Shown here one piece after another: positions 16,841 through 25,381 of a DNA stretch of 27,137 bases (positions within the stretch are counted from its first letter, which is position 1; each line of letters begins with the position of its first letter). The DNA is from Candidatus Methylomirabilales bacterium. GTDB taxonomy: Bacteria > Methylomirabilota > Methylomirabilia > Methylomirabilales > CSP1-5. Made by a program: the position numbers and the translations under genes. The notes beneath the pieces were generated by a model. It searched no databases. It saw only the letters and a program-made list of their open reading frames with translations, and was not told the DNA's origin. The stretch spans positions 1 to 27,137 of the forward strand of contig JBHIAH010000030.1 of the NCBI GenBank assembly GCA_046758505.1, given 5' to 3'.

Positions 16841-17734
16841 TTATATTCTCCCGGCTACGCTTCCGTATGGTGCTTTGACAGCAAGTAGCTTTAGTCCCAT
16901 GGTCCAGTTTCTTTCTGTCACTTGGTACAAACCCCTCGCAAGCCATTCCACGACCCGCTTTCGGAGGTCAACGGGGAAATCATCAGGACCTACAGATATC
17001 ACAGTAAAACCAACCCTTTCCAAAAGCATGGAAAGAGTTCGAGAAGAAAAGTGATAAAGATGGATCTCTTTGTCATGCTGGGAAAAAAGATGGACAGGCC
17101 TCCTCTTAAAACAGCGATAAGCGAGATTAAAGACGTAACTCTCCACATTTGGGCATGCAACAATCAAGAGACCATCAGTTTTCAGGATCCGATACGCCTC
17201 AGATAGATAACGCCTCGGATCATCAACATGCTCTATGACATGATAGAGCGTAACAACATCAAAATACTCCGCCGGAAACCCTGCTTCGATGACATTACCC
17301 ACAAAGACAGGAACCTCATAAAGTTCTCTTGCTCTCCTCCCCGCATACCTTGATAATTCCGTTCCAAAGACTTCAAAACCTGCTTCCTTCGCAAGTTTGA
17401 TAAAAGTCCCTTCACCGCAACCGATGTCAAGCAACCGACCTGTCTTCTTGTGTCTGAGTACCTCAGGGAGCCGATTTCTCCATAAGATCTCTCTTTCCTC
17501 CTTTTGTGTCGAAATCCATTCGTGGTAATAGCTTTCGTCATAATGCTCTTCTAACCTCCTTTGACCTGGAAGAGGATCTACATACACAAGAGTGCACTGT
17601 TCACAACGGACTACACGATAAGGTTCTTCAGCCTGTTGAAGGAGAACGGCGCTCCTTCCCCCACAGAGATTGCAGGCACGAGGAGGCGTGCCTAGTACCG
17701 ACTCAGAGGAATGTGCAAAGAGTATCATAGACAT
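16841..17734 (-). CDS. Class I SAM-dependent methyltransferase with N-terminal CxxC..CxxC zinc ribbon
   Basis: CNLCGG..CEQCTLVY, LLDIGCGEG, FDVVTLYHVIEHVDDP, ACPN and HLYHFS. The start is uncertain (17734, 17728 or 17761). Confidence 0.88.
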   Translation of the reverse strand: MSMILFAHSSESVLGTPPRACNLCGGRSAVLLQQAEEPYRVVRCEQCTLVYVDPLPGQRRLEEHYDESYYHEWISTQKEEREILWRNRLPEVLRHKKTGRLLDIGCGEGTFIKLAKEAGFEVFGTELSRYAGRRARELYEVPVFVGNVIEAGFPAEYFDVVTLYHVIEHVDDPRRYLSEAYRILKTDGLLIVACPNVESYVFNLAYRCFKRRPVHLFSQHDKEIHLYHFSSRTLSMLLERVGFTVISVGPDDFPVDLRKRVVEWLARGLYQVTERNWTMGLKLLAVKAPYGSVAGRI

Positions 17735-18809
17735 TTTCAACCCCTCGGACGTGTGTCTCAATACTGAAATGCTCTATCACCCGTTTGCGACCTGCAGCGC
17801 CCATTTCTTTCGAACGCTTTGGATGCTCTAACAGCCATAAAATAGCGCTTGCCAGTCCTGATGGATCGCCTGGCTGAACGAGGATGCCGGTATGACCATC
17901 GTTGACGATCTCGGGGACCCCACCCGCGTCTGTCGCCACGACAGGCCGGGCCATAGCCATGGCTTCGATCAGGACCCGCCCGAAATGCTCGCCGAGCGAC
18001 GGTAGGACGAACAGATCACACAACGCTAAGATGTCGGGGATGTCCTCGCGCCAGCCGGTAAAGTGAACATGCCCTTCAACACCAAGGCTTCGACACTGTT
18101 CTTCTAGCTCCCCCCTCAGCTCCCCGTCCCCGACGAGGAGCCAGTGAACCCCCGGCATAGTCATCTGGATGAGCCGCGCCCCTTCCAGCAGTTGCCCATA
18201 CCCCTTATACGCAACGAAGCGCCCAACGCTCGCCACCACGGGCGCGACGGCCGGGAGACCCAGTGAGGCACGGAGTCTTGCGGAGGGGTTCCGTGGACCG
18301 AAACGGCTAAGGTCCACACCGTTCGGGACGCAGCGAATCTTGCGCTGCGGCGCCCAGGCAAACCGGCGCGCCACAGCAGTCGAGTTGACTATCACGGCGT
18401 GCGCCAGCCTCACAAGCAGTCGGTCAAGAAGCGGGTCGCGGTCGGCTACGCGAACGTGCCAGACCACGGGCCGGCCAACCAGCCACCCCGCCAGTCCCGC
18501 GTAGAACATGGCCCGAGAACCGTTCGCATGGAGGAGCACCGCACGAGTCTCGCGGGCGAGACGCCTCAGGGTCCAGACGCTCCGGACCCCGGCAGGCCCC
18601 AGCCACCGAATGCTCGGTAGGGGCGTGAGGTACGTGGGGAGCCCGAGGCTGCGAGCGCTAGCGGCCACCGCCCCCTCGGATGGCACCGCGAGAACGGGCG
18701 CCCAGCGGGAGCGGTCCAGGCCGCCGAGGAGGGTGAGCAGGCTCACTTCACCACCGCCCACGATCTTACCGTGATTGGACACCACGAGTACGGTCCGATA
18801 AGGGGTCAC
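17703..18809 (-). CDS. GT4 glycosyltransferase
   Basis: Start reassigned to the GTG at 18809 (GTGA overlap with the upstream stop). Motifs GGGEVSL, VVWHVR, PNGVD, VGRFVAYKG, EHFGRVLIEAMA and GGVPEIV. Confidence 0.9.
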   Translation of the reverse strand: MTPYRTVLVVSNHGKIVGGGEVSLLTLLGGLDRSRWAPVLAVPSEGAVAASARSLGLPTYLTPLPSIRWLGPAGVRSVWTLRRLARETRAVLLHANGSRAMFYAGLAGWLVGRPVVWHVRVADRDPLLDRLLVRLAHAVIVNSTAVARRFAWAPQRKIRCVPNGVDLSRFGPRNPSARLRASLGLPAVAPVVASVGRFVAYKGYGQLLEGARLIQMTMPGVHWLLVGDGELRGELEEQCRSLGVEGHVHFTGWREDIPDILALCDLFVLPSLGEHFGRVLIEAMAMARPVVATDAGGVPEIVNDGHTGILVQPGDPSGLASAILWLLEHPKRSKEMGAAGRKRVIEHFSIETHVRGVENVYDTLCTFL

Positions 18810-19807
18810 CCGGGACTTTCGAGGACCAGTGCCTTCCACCGCCCCACCTCCGTGCCTAGATCCATCGTCAGCTTCACGATCGGGACCACCCACCAGGCCC
18901 GCCGGTGGGAAGCGTATGCGCGCGCGAACTTGAAGCGCCAAAGGATGGCGCCGTAATACACGATCCCCACGGCCGGAAGCAGAAGGGCAAGCCGAGGCCA
19001 CCAAGCGAGAAGCGCAGCGACGACAAGCGCGCGCAAGGTCCATGAGCTTCTGAGAAGAGCGCGCGCGAACCTCCCCCGATCCGTCGTGGTCCTCAGAAGC
19101 CCGATCTCGCTCTGCCCCCGCCGGACGAACCATCGGAAGACGCCGGAGAGCCGGCCCCGGGGTCGGTGGTAGACCACTGCAGTCGGGGCGTACACGCAGG
19201 GGCCCAGGGCAGTGACTCGCTCGGCCAAGAGGAAATCTTCCCCTCCCAGACGTGCGTCCTCCAGGAAGCCGCCGACTTGGAGTAGGGCTTCCTTCCGGTA
19301 GGCGCAATTGCAGGTGGACAGATAGCGCGTGGGCACCAGTTGTCCGCGAGCCTGGTCCAGATACCGAAGACCGCCGCCGGGGAAGCCGAGGATGTTCTCC
19401 GCGTAGCCGATCCGCCCGTAATCCCTGACCATGACGGCACCGGCCGCACCCAACACGCGCGCGTCGCTCCGAAGCGGCGCGGTTAGGGCCTCAACCCAGC
19501 CTTGTTCCGCCTCGCAGTCGTCATCTAAGAATAGCACGAGGTCGCCACCCGCGGCCTGGACACCGACATTCCGCGCATAGCCAAAGCCCCGCCCCTCACG
19601 CGGCAGGTGCACATAGCGAACTCCCGGAATTTCCCGCGGCCCATCGGCTTCCTCCACCACGATGATCTCGGCGCGGCGACCGGCATCGCCGCAGCCCCGG
19701 ATGGAAGCAATAGCACACGCCAAGTCCGCCGGCCGATCCTTCGTACAGATAACGATGGACACCTGGCCGCAGCCAGTGTGCTCAAGGTCAGAGGCAGATG
19801 GCGGCAT
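18806..19807 (-). CDS. GT2 glycosyltransferase with C-terminal membrane segment
   Basis: SIVICTKDR, ARNVG, LFLDDDC, STCNCAYR, GGF..GEDFLL and VVYH, followed by a hydrophobic C-terminal region. Confidence 0.9.
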   Translation of the reverse strand: MPPSASDLEHTGCGQVSIVICTKDRPADLACAIASIRGCGDAGRRAEIIVVEEADGPREIPGVRYVHLPREGRGFGYARNVGVQAAGGDLVLFLDDDCEAEQGWVEALTAPLRSDARVLGAAGAVMVRDYGRIGYAENILGFPGGGLRYLDQARGQLVPTRYLSTCNCAYRKEALLQVGGFLEDARLGGEDFLLAERVTALGPCVYAPTAVVYHRPRGRLSGVFRWFVRRGQSEIGLLRTTTDRGRFARALLRSSWTLRALVVAALLAWWPRLALLLPAVGIVYYGAILWRFKFARAYASHRRAWWVVPIVKLTMDLGTEVGRWKALVLESPG

Positions 19808-20030
19808 ACCTCACCAAACCCCACCAGCGGCCCGCGCTCATAGCGGCTCCCCTCAACACAACAACGGCAACGCCAATCGTCGCCCCAGGCGACACGCGGC
19901 TCCCGCCGTACCGCACCGGCCGACTCGCTACCCTGGCCAGCCACATGCTGCAGAGCGGGAACACGAAGAGCATCGGCCCCCACGACCAGAATTGGCGCTA
20001 CCTTTCTATCTATCCGCCGAGCCTAGGTCG
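19788..20030 (-). pseudogene. Degenerate 3' remnant of a GT2 gene homologous to the end of 20975-22012
   Basis: The remnant translates to ..DLGSAD..ILVVGA..LFVFPLCSMWLA..AAMSAGRWWGLVRYAAICL*. The intact copy reads ..DLSSAD..ILVLGA..LFLLPVYAVWLA..AAMTAGRWWGSVKYGAICV*. Confidence 0.85.
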
Positions 20031-20048
20031 CTCTAAAGATCAGGGCCG

Positions 20049-20882
20049 TCAACGACGCCGCCCTATGAGAACAAGCGGATACGAAAAAAGATCGTTCCAC
20101 GGCCTGATCTGGGCGCAATTCCTTGCCATGCACTGTCGTAACGTATCCTTTGCCCTCTTCGCGTCTCGAAAGCCGGAGTACTGTTTCCGGGCACCGAATA
20201 CCCGTGACACATCCATGACGAAATTGGAAAAGTCCCGGCTTAAGCGCTCGCCACCTCTTATCTCTACATCTGTAAGACCCGCATCCCTTGCCCGCCTATA
20301 AAGTTCGTCCCGAGTAAATGGTGTTTCGTCTACTGGACACACTGGCCTTTGGAGAAGCTTCCTTGCTGCCCGACCAAAACGAAACCAAAAGCCATACCTA
20401 TTTGGCACCCACACAATAGCAAGCCCACCACGGCTTAACACCTTATTATGGCTGTCAAATACGCACTGCCGATCATCATCCCAAAAATGCTCAGCTGTAC
20501 CAAAGGACATCGCAACGTGATATTGGCCGCATAGCCTTTCAGGCAAATGAAGAAGATTCGCTGCGACAATGTCAGGAGATAAATGAAATTGTTCATGGAT
20601 GAATTGTGCCGCAGCAAGTTGTTTCTCATTGTAATCAAGCAGAGTGGCCTTTGCTCCGAGCAGCGAGAAGAGAAGCGAGACCTTTCCCAGCCCGCAGCCA
20701 AGCTCTATGGTGCGCAAGCCCTCAAAGCTGCCAAAGGCGTTGATGACTTCATGCTGGATGAGCGCCCACCCGGGTGTACTGGCATAACCCATACAGGAAT
20801 GAAAGACACTGTCCATATTAGGAATCGCATCGCTGCCCCACAGCATTTGTCCACCGGCGTTGTTCTTCTTACTCGTCTTCAC
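20049..20882 (-). CDS. Class I SAM-dependent methyltransferase (lower GC)
   Basis: TIELGCGLG, LLDY, YHVAMSFGTAEHF and GGLAIVWVPN. GTG start behind GAGGA. Confidence 0.88.
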   Translation of the reverse strand: MKTSKKNNAGGQMLWGSDAIPNMDSVFHSCMGYASTPGWALIQHEVINAFGSFEGLRTIELGCGLGKVSLLFSLLGAKATLLDYNEKQLAAAQFIHEQFHLSPDIVAANLLHLPERLCGQYHVAMSFGTAEHFWDDDRQCVFDSHNKVLSRGGLAIVWVPNRYGFWFRFGRAARKLLQRPVCPVDETPFTRDELYRRARDAGLTDVEIRGGERLSRDFSNFVMDVSRVFGARKQYSGFRDAKRAKDTLRQCMARNCAQIRPWNDLFSYPLVLIGRRR

Positions 20883-20974
20883 GTTGTCCTCATGTCCGAT
20901 TGATCACATCTCGCCCTATTGCGCCATCTCGGCGACGACCTCGGCTCCAGCGTCGTCCCCACTGCCTCGGACGC

Positions 20975-22012
20975 TTACACGCAGATGGCACCATACTTCA
21001 CCGATCCCCACCATCGCCCCGCCGTCATAGCGGCCGACTTCAGCAACAGGAGCCCACCAAGGCCCAATGCGACCACGGGCGACGGGGAGATCCCATACCG
21101 GCTCGCGAGCCGACTCGTTGTCACCGCCAACCACACTGCATACACCGGCAGCAAGAAGAGTAGTGGATTGTAGATGGCCCCCAACACTAGAATCCCCAAA
21201 AACTTCTTATCCGCCGACGAGAGGTCGACATAAGCTTTAACGGGGCATCGGCCCCAGGTAAATGGATACCGCGGCAAGTTCACCCAGAGTCCACTGGCCG
21301 CATGCCGACGGAGAAGGTATGGAAGGCTACGCCCGAAGCCGAATGCCTGCCGAACCATGCCGACAATAGTCGTTCGATGGTGATGGAAGACCCGGGCCCC
21401 CGGAACATAGGCAATCGCGCTACCGCGGCCATAGAGACGGGCGCAAAGGTCGTAATCCTCGCCATAGATCACTATGCTCTCATCGAAGCCATCCAGCTCG
21501 CGCAACAAAGCACGCCGGACTGCGAGGTTCGCGGTGGGGTATCCACCCCGCCATGGCGTCCATTGTCTGTCGCGAGCGGGCCGATCCGGTAAGTGGAGGG
21601 TGTAAAGAGCGCTAAATAGTTCAACGGTGGAGGCCGCGGGGGCCGCGACCACCCTGCCGGCAACGGCACCGATCGTCGGGTCATCAAACGGTTCCGTCAG
21701 GCGCCGCAGCCAGGCAGAGTCGGGGGCACAGTCAGAGTCGGTGAACGCAATTACTTCCCCCGTTGCTGCGCGGATCCCAGCGTTGCGGGCAGCCCCCGCT
21801 CCCCGGCGAGCTTCCTCAACGACACGTGCTGTCCCGGCCGCGTATTCGGCAGCGAAGGCGCGAAGGAGCTGGAGGCTCCCGTCGGCCGAGCCGTTGTCAA
21901 CCAGTATGATCTCAGTGGGCGCCGGGTTCAGCCGCCTTAACGCCGCGAGGCAAGATGGAAGTGTCCTCATCGCGTTTCGGACAGGGACGACGACCGAGAC
22001 AGTAAGCGTCAT
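20975..22012 (-). CDS. GT2 glycosyltransferase (MftF-like architecture with C-terminal TM helices)
   Basis: Start reassigned to the ATG at 22012 (GAGG RBS). Motifs SVVVPVRN, LVDNGSADGS, ARNAG, AFTDSDC, TANLAVRR and GFDE..GEDYDLC. Confidence 0.9.
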   Translation of the reverse strand: MTLTVSVVVPVRNAMRTLPSCLAALRRLNPAPTEIILVDNGSADGSLQLLRAFAAEYAAGTARVVEEARRGAGAARNAGIRAATGEVIAFTDSDCAPDSAWLRRLTEPFDDPTIGAVAGRVVAAPAASTVELFSALYTLHLPDRPARDRQWTPWRGGYPTANLAVRRALLRELDGFDESIVIYGEDYDLCARLYGRGSAIAYVPGARVFHHHRTTIVGMVRQAFGFGRSLPYLLRRHAASGLWVNLPRYPFTWGRCPVKAYVDLSSADKKFLGILVLGAIYNPLLFLLPVYAVWLAVTTSRLASRYGISPSPVVALGLGGLLLLKSAAMTAGRWWGSVKYGAICV

Positions 22013-22020
22013 GACTACCT

Positions 22021-22749
22021 CTAGCACCTTCGGCAGAGGATATTGATGGAAGTCGCCAGGTAGGAGCCCCAGGGCCTCCTCGTGAGCACTTTCTCGCAGA
22101 TTCGCGCGAACAGATTGTCCTGTATGCACCCATCCACTTCCCAACGCATTCCGGGAATGTGCAGGTAAAAATTCGTCAGTCGCATGTCAAGGATCTCAAA
22201 GTCAGATTCTCTGAGAAGGCGACACAGGGATCGAGGGGTTTGCGGGTTGAAATCCTCCAGCAGGCCCCGGCCATGGCGGTATCGCCAATTCCAGACGAGA
22301 TGTGCCTTGTTTGGCCATGTCGTGACGACCATCCTCCCATCTTTCATGAGGATTCGATGTAACTCTTGGAGAACCAGTTTCGGTCGCTCCAGATGCTCGA
22401 CAACCTCAGAGAAATTGACCTTGGCAAAGGATTCCGAAGGAAAGGGGAGCCTTCCCAGATCTGCCTGGAGTAGCAGAATATTCTCCGGGCGTCCGAAGCT
22501 GTCTAGAAATCTCCTCGAGGCGTCCATGGCCTCGACGTTCTTGTCCACCGCATAGAGGCGTCCACACCGAGCAGCGAGTTCATAGGCAACGGTCCCCTGC
22601 CCGCATCCCGTCTCGAGGATGATATCTTCCGGTGCGGGCCGTAGATACTCCAGAATGATCTGAATCCGCTTCGAAACCCAGCGCTTCTGCGCCAGGTAGC
22701 CATCCTGGAGGCGCTTGTAATACTCTGGTCTATAAATCGGGTCCGTCAT
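22021..22749 (-). CDS. Class I SAM-dependent methyltransferase
   Basis: ILETGCGQG, AVD, ADLGRLPFP, SEVVEHLERP and ELHRIL..GRMVVTTWPN. ATGA overlap with the upstream GT4. Confidence 0.88.
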   Translation of the reverse strand: MTDPIYRPEYYKRLQDGYLAQKRWVSKRIQIILEYLRPAPEDIILETGCGQGTVAYELAARCGRLYAVDKNVEAMDASRRFLDSFGRPENILLLQADLGRLPFPSESFAKVNFSEVVEHLERPKLVLQELHRILMKDGRMVVTTWPNKAHLVWNWRYRHGRGLLEDFNPQTPRSLCRLLRESDFEILDMRLTNFYLHIPGMRWEVDGCIQDNLFARICEKVLTRRPWGSYLATSINILCRRC

Positions 22750-23852
22750 CTCGATCTATTCTCTAAGACCTCTTGGATAACATCTGCATATTGCTGCGCA
22801 ATTTCTCGAATATCGAAGCGCTCGGCCTGTTTACGGGGGTCCTCTCCAATCTCCCCTTGAGCAGCCCTCGCTAGGGCAGCGGCGTAGTCATTGATCTCGT
22901 GACAGCAACAGAGAATTCCTGCCTGGCCCACGATTAACTCGCGGCTTTGATCCCGGTGGCCCACGACCGGCTTTCCGCAGGCCATGGCCTCGAGATAAAC
23001 AAGACCGAAGGGCTCCTTGAGGGTGGGAAGCGTAAAGACGTCGCACGCATTGTACAAGTCGGGCATCGCGGCAAAGGGCACAGCGGTAAGGAGGAACCGC
23101 TTGGTCCCGAGAAGCGTTTCGCCGAGCATTCGCAGCTTCCCCTCCTCTGCTCCCCGACCAACCAGGACAAGGCTTCCCTTAGGCAATGCTGCGACGGCAC
23201 GAATCGCCAGGTCCAGACTTTTCTCCCTCACTAGAGCCCCTACAGCGAGGTAAATCGGCCGTTCCAGTTCCCAGGAGATATTCGAGGGCCGAGGGGCGAA
23301 CCGTTCCAGATCGACACCGTTGGGGATGAACACGGCGCGTAAACTCGGGACCGCCTTCTCGACCTCCTGCATAACAGTCCGGTTCACAAAGATATGGAGG
23401 TCAGGTCGCTCCTTTGCATGCGGTAGCTCCCCAGAGTACCCTCCATGCCCGACATAGATGAACGGCACCCCCCTTAAAATCCGAAAAATACGCGCCAGTC
23501 GTGATCCCCATACGCCCGTCGCCAGCAGGTGCCCATCGAATCGTCCTTTCCAGAGGGAGCCAAAAGCTGATAGAGAGAATGTCAGCATCTCAATCTCGAC
23601 AGGGGTCAGATGCAGCCGGCGAACCAAGGTTCGCAGGGAGGGTGAGAGAGCTTCGAATGCCTTCACAGCGACCCACCGATCTCTGGAGAGCGCCCACAGT
23701 CTGCTGACCTCTCCGTTCACGCATCCTTGACCAAAGAGTGTTATGTCGAACTGCCGTCGGAGGTGACGGGCAAGGTTGAGTGCAATCCCCTCTGCACCTC
23801 GTTCCACCGCGCCGAGGCCCGAGACAAGCCATGCTAGCCGCGGCTTTTTCAT
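22746..23852 (-). CDS. GT4 glycosyltransferase
   Basis: VERGAE, IPNGVDLERF, VGALVREK and EPFGLVYLEAMACGKPVV. ATGA overlaps on both sides. Confidence 0.9.
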   Translation of the reverse strand: MKKPRLAWLVSGLGAVERGAEGIALNLARHLRRQFDITLFGQGCVNGEVSRLWALSRDRWVAVKAFEALSPSLRTLVRRLHLTPVEIEMLTFSLSAFGSLWKGRFDGHLLATGVWGSRLARIFRILRGVPFIYVGHGGYSGELPHAKERPDLHIFVNRTVMQEVEKAVPSLRAVFIPNGVDLERFAPRPSNISWELERPIYLAVGALVREKSLDLAIRAVAALPKGSLVLVGRGAEEGKLRMLGETLLGTKRFLLTAVPFAAMPDLYNACDVFTLPTLKEPFGLVYLEAMACGKPVVGHRDQSRELIVGQAGILCCCHEINDYAAALARAAQGEIGEDPRKQAERFDIREIAQQYADVIQEVLENRSR

Positions 23853-25297
23853 CGACCCTCTATACTCCGCACCACTAACCGTGCAAGAAAACGCTGCGGC
23901 ATCTGCCTAAGGTCCGGACAGACATACAAGGGCAGCATCACCCACAGCACTATCAGCATGAAGGCAGAACCGAGCAGAGAGCCAATCCTAGACGCAGAAA
24001 ACAGCGTATAGATCACACCGAACGACGCGCATGACACCCCATAGATGACAAGAACCTCCCAAACGAGACGCGCGGCCGCCCCTACCGTCCTCAAGTAAAA
24101 GTAGGTGATTGCCCATCCTCCAATCTGAAGATAGTTTGCGATGACCATTCCCCACAACCCGTGCTGTCCTGTTAGCACATATCCGACGCTCGCGAAAAAG
24201 ACAAGATACGGGACTGAGGCATAATACTGGATCCGCTCCTTTCCCGTCGCCTGCAGAAGGGTGTTCCCGAACTTCGAGAAGGGATCTACCAGAGGCAGAA
24301 AACTCATCCAAAACACCAGAGGCACAATAGGGAGCCACTGGTTCCCATACAACAGCAGCACGACCATCTCCGCGTTGAGCGCGATGAAGAGATAGAGCGG
24401 TAGCTCCACGGCCAAGCTTAACAGCGTAAAGTTCCGGTAGCTTTCGTGCAGTCTTGCTCGATCATCGGCAGCCTGGATGAAGACGGGGTATGCCACTCTA
24501 CGCAGTGGATTCTCGATCATCCGGCATGGCAAGTAGATAAGGGCAAAGGCCATCACGTAGTGTCCAAGTTCTTTGGCCGGAACGAAAACTCCCAAGACGG
24601 CCTTATCCAGATCAAGGAGCAACAAGCTCATCAAGCCGATCAAAAAGAAGTAAAAGCTTCCCCGAACGAGCTGCCAGCTATACGCCACCGTCAACGACGG
24701 CCGGAACAGCCATCGTACTGGGAACCAGAGGAAAACCGCTTTTGCGTACGCGCTGAGGACGTGAGCGAGGACCAAACTCCAAACACCCCATCCGTCCAGG
24801 GCCAGAAGGATGCTTGCGAGCACGAAAAGTCCCAGCGAGCCGACCTCGGCGAGTACAGCCCCGTGAAGAAGCAGTCGCTTCCGCAGCACTGTCAGAAAGA
24901 TCGACGTGAAAGCCTCCGCAAACAGGGTCAGAGACAGAGGGAAGAGCAGCGCCGGAAGCCCTGGATTCAGGGCTGCGAAAAGTTCCGGCACCAGGAAAAA
25001 GCCGCTGACCAGAAGGGCCGCAGCCCCGAGTTTAAGGACCAGGGCATTGCCGAACAGGCGCTGGTCCTCACGAACCAAGTGGCTCGAGAGACCGAAGTCC
25101 TGAAGCGCCTGCGCGACACCCAGGACAAACAGGGCCAAGGCGAATAGGCCGAAATCGGCAGGCGCCAGGAGGCGGGCAAGTACGACCCGGGAGAGAAAAT
25201 TAAGGAGAACCGAACCCAATTGGGAGGAGAAAACTCCAACAAGGGAACCGGCAATACTTGGGCGCGACAGAAGCCCGGGCCGTCCTACGTAGTCCAT
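23849..25297 (-). CDS. wzx: Wzx-type (PST/MOP family) oligosaccharide flippase
   Basis: LARLLAPADFG, DFGLS, DKAVLG..LGHY..A, YPVF and LLYGNQW, with many hydrophobic segments. Start probably the ATG at 25297. Confidence 0.88.
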   Translation of the reverse strand: MDYVGRPGLLSRPSIAGSLVGVFSSQLGSVLLNFLSRVVLARLLAPADFGLFALALFVLGVAQALQDFGLSSHLVREDQRLFGNALVLKLGAAALLVSGFFLVPELFAALNPGLPALLFPLSLTLFAEAFTSIFLTVLRKRLLLHGAVLAEVGSLGLFVLASILLALDGWGVWSLVLAHVLSAYAKAVFLWFPVRWLFRPSLTVAYSWQLVRGSFYFFLIGLMSLLLLDLDKAVLGVFVPAKELGHYVMAFALIYLPCRMIENPLRRVAYPVFIQAADDRARLHESYRNFTLLSLAVELPLYLFIALNAEMVVLLLYGNQWLPIVPLVFWMSFLPLVDPFSKFGNTLLQATGKERIQYYASVPYLVFFASVGYVLTGQHGLWGMVIANYLQIGGWAITYFYLRTVGAAARLVWEVLVIYGVSCASFGVIYTLFSASRIGSLLGSAFMLIVLWVMLPLYVCPDLRQMPQRFLARLVVRSIEGR

Positions 25298-25381
25298 CCT
25301 ACCCTCTTCCTGCTGCCGCGTGGAGACCCCTTGCGGCACGGAACCTACTGAGCCCGCCTTGAGCCGCGGAGCGCTGAAGAA

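Noticed and set aside
18810..19307. N-terminal 166 aa of the 534-aa ORF 17703..19307
   Set aside because: It overlaps the upstream GT2 in another frame. The GT4 fold begins at the GTG at 18809, which is coupled to the upstream stop.
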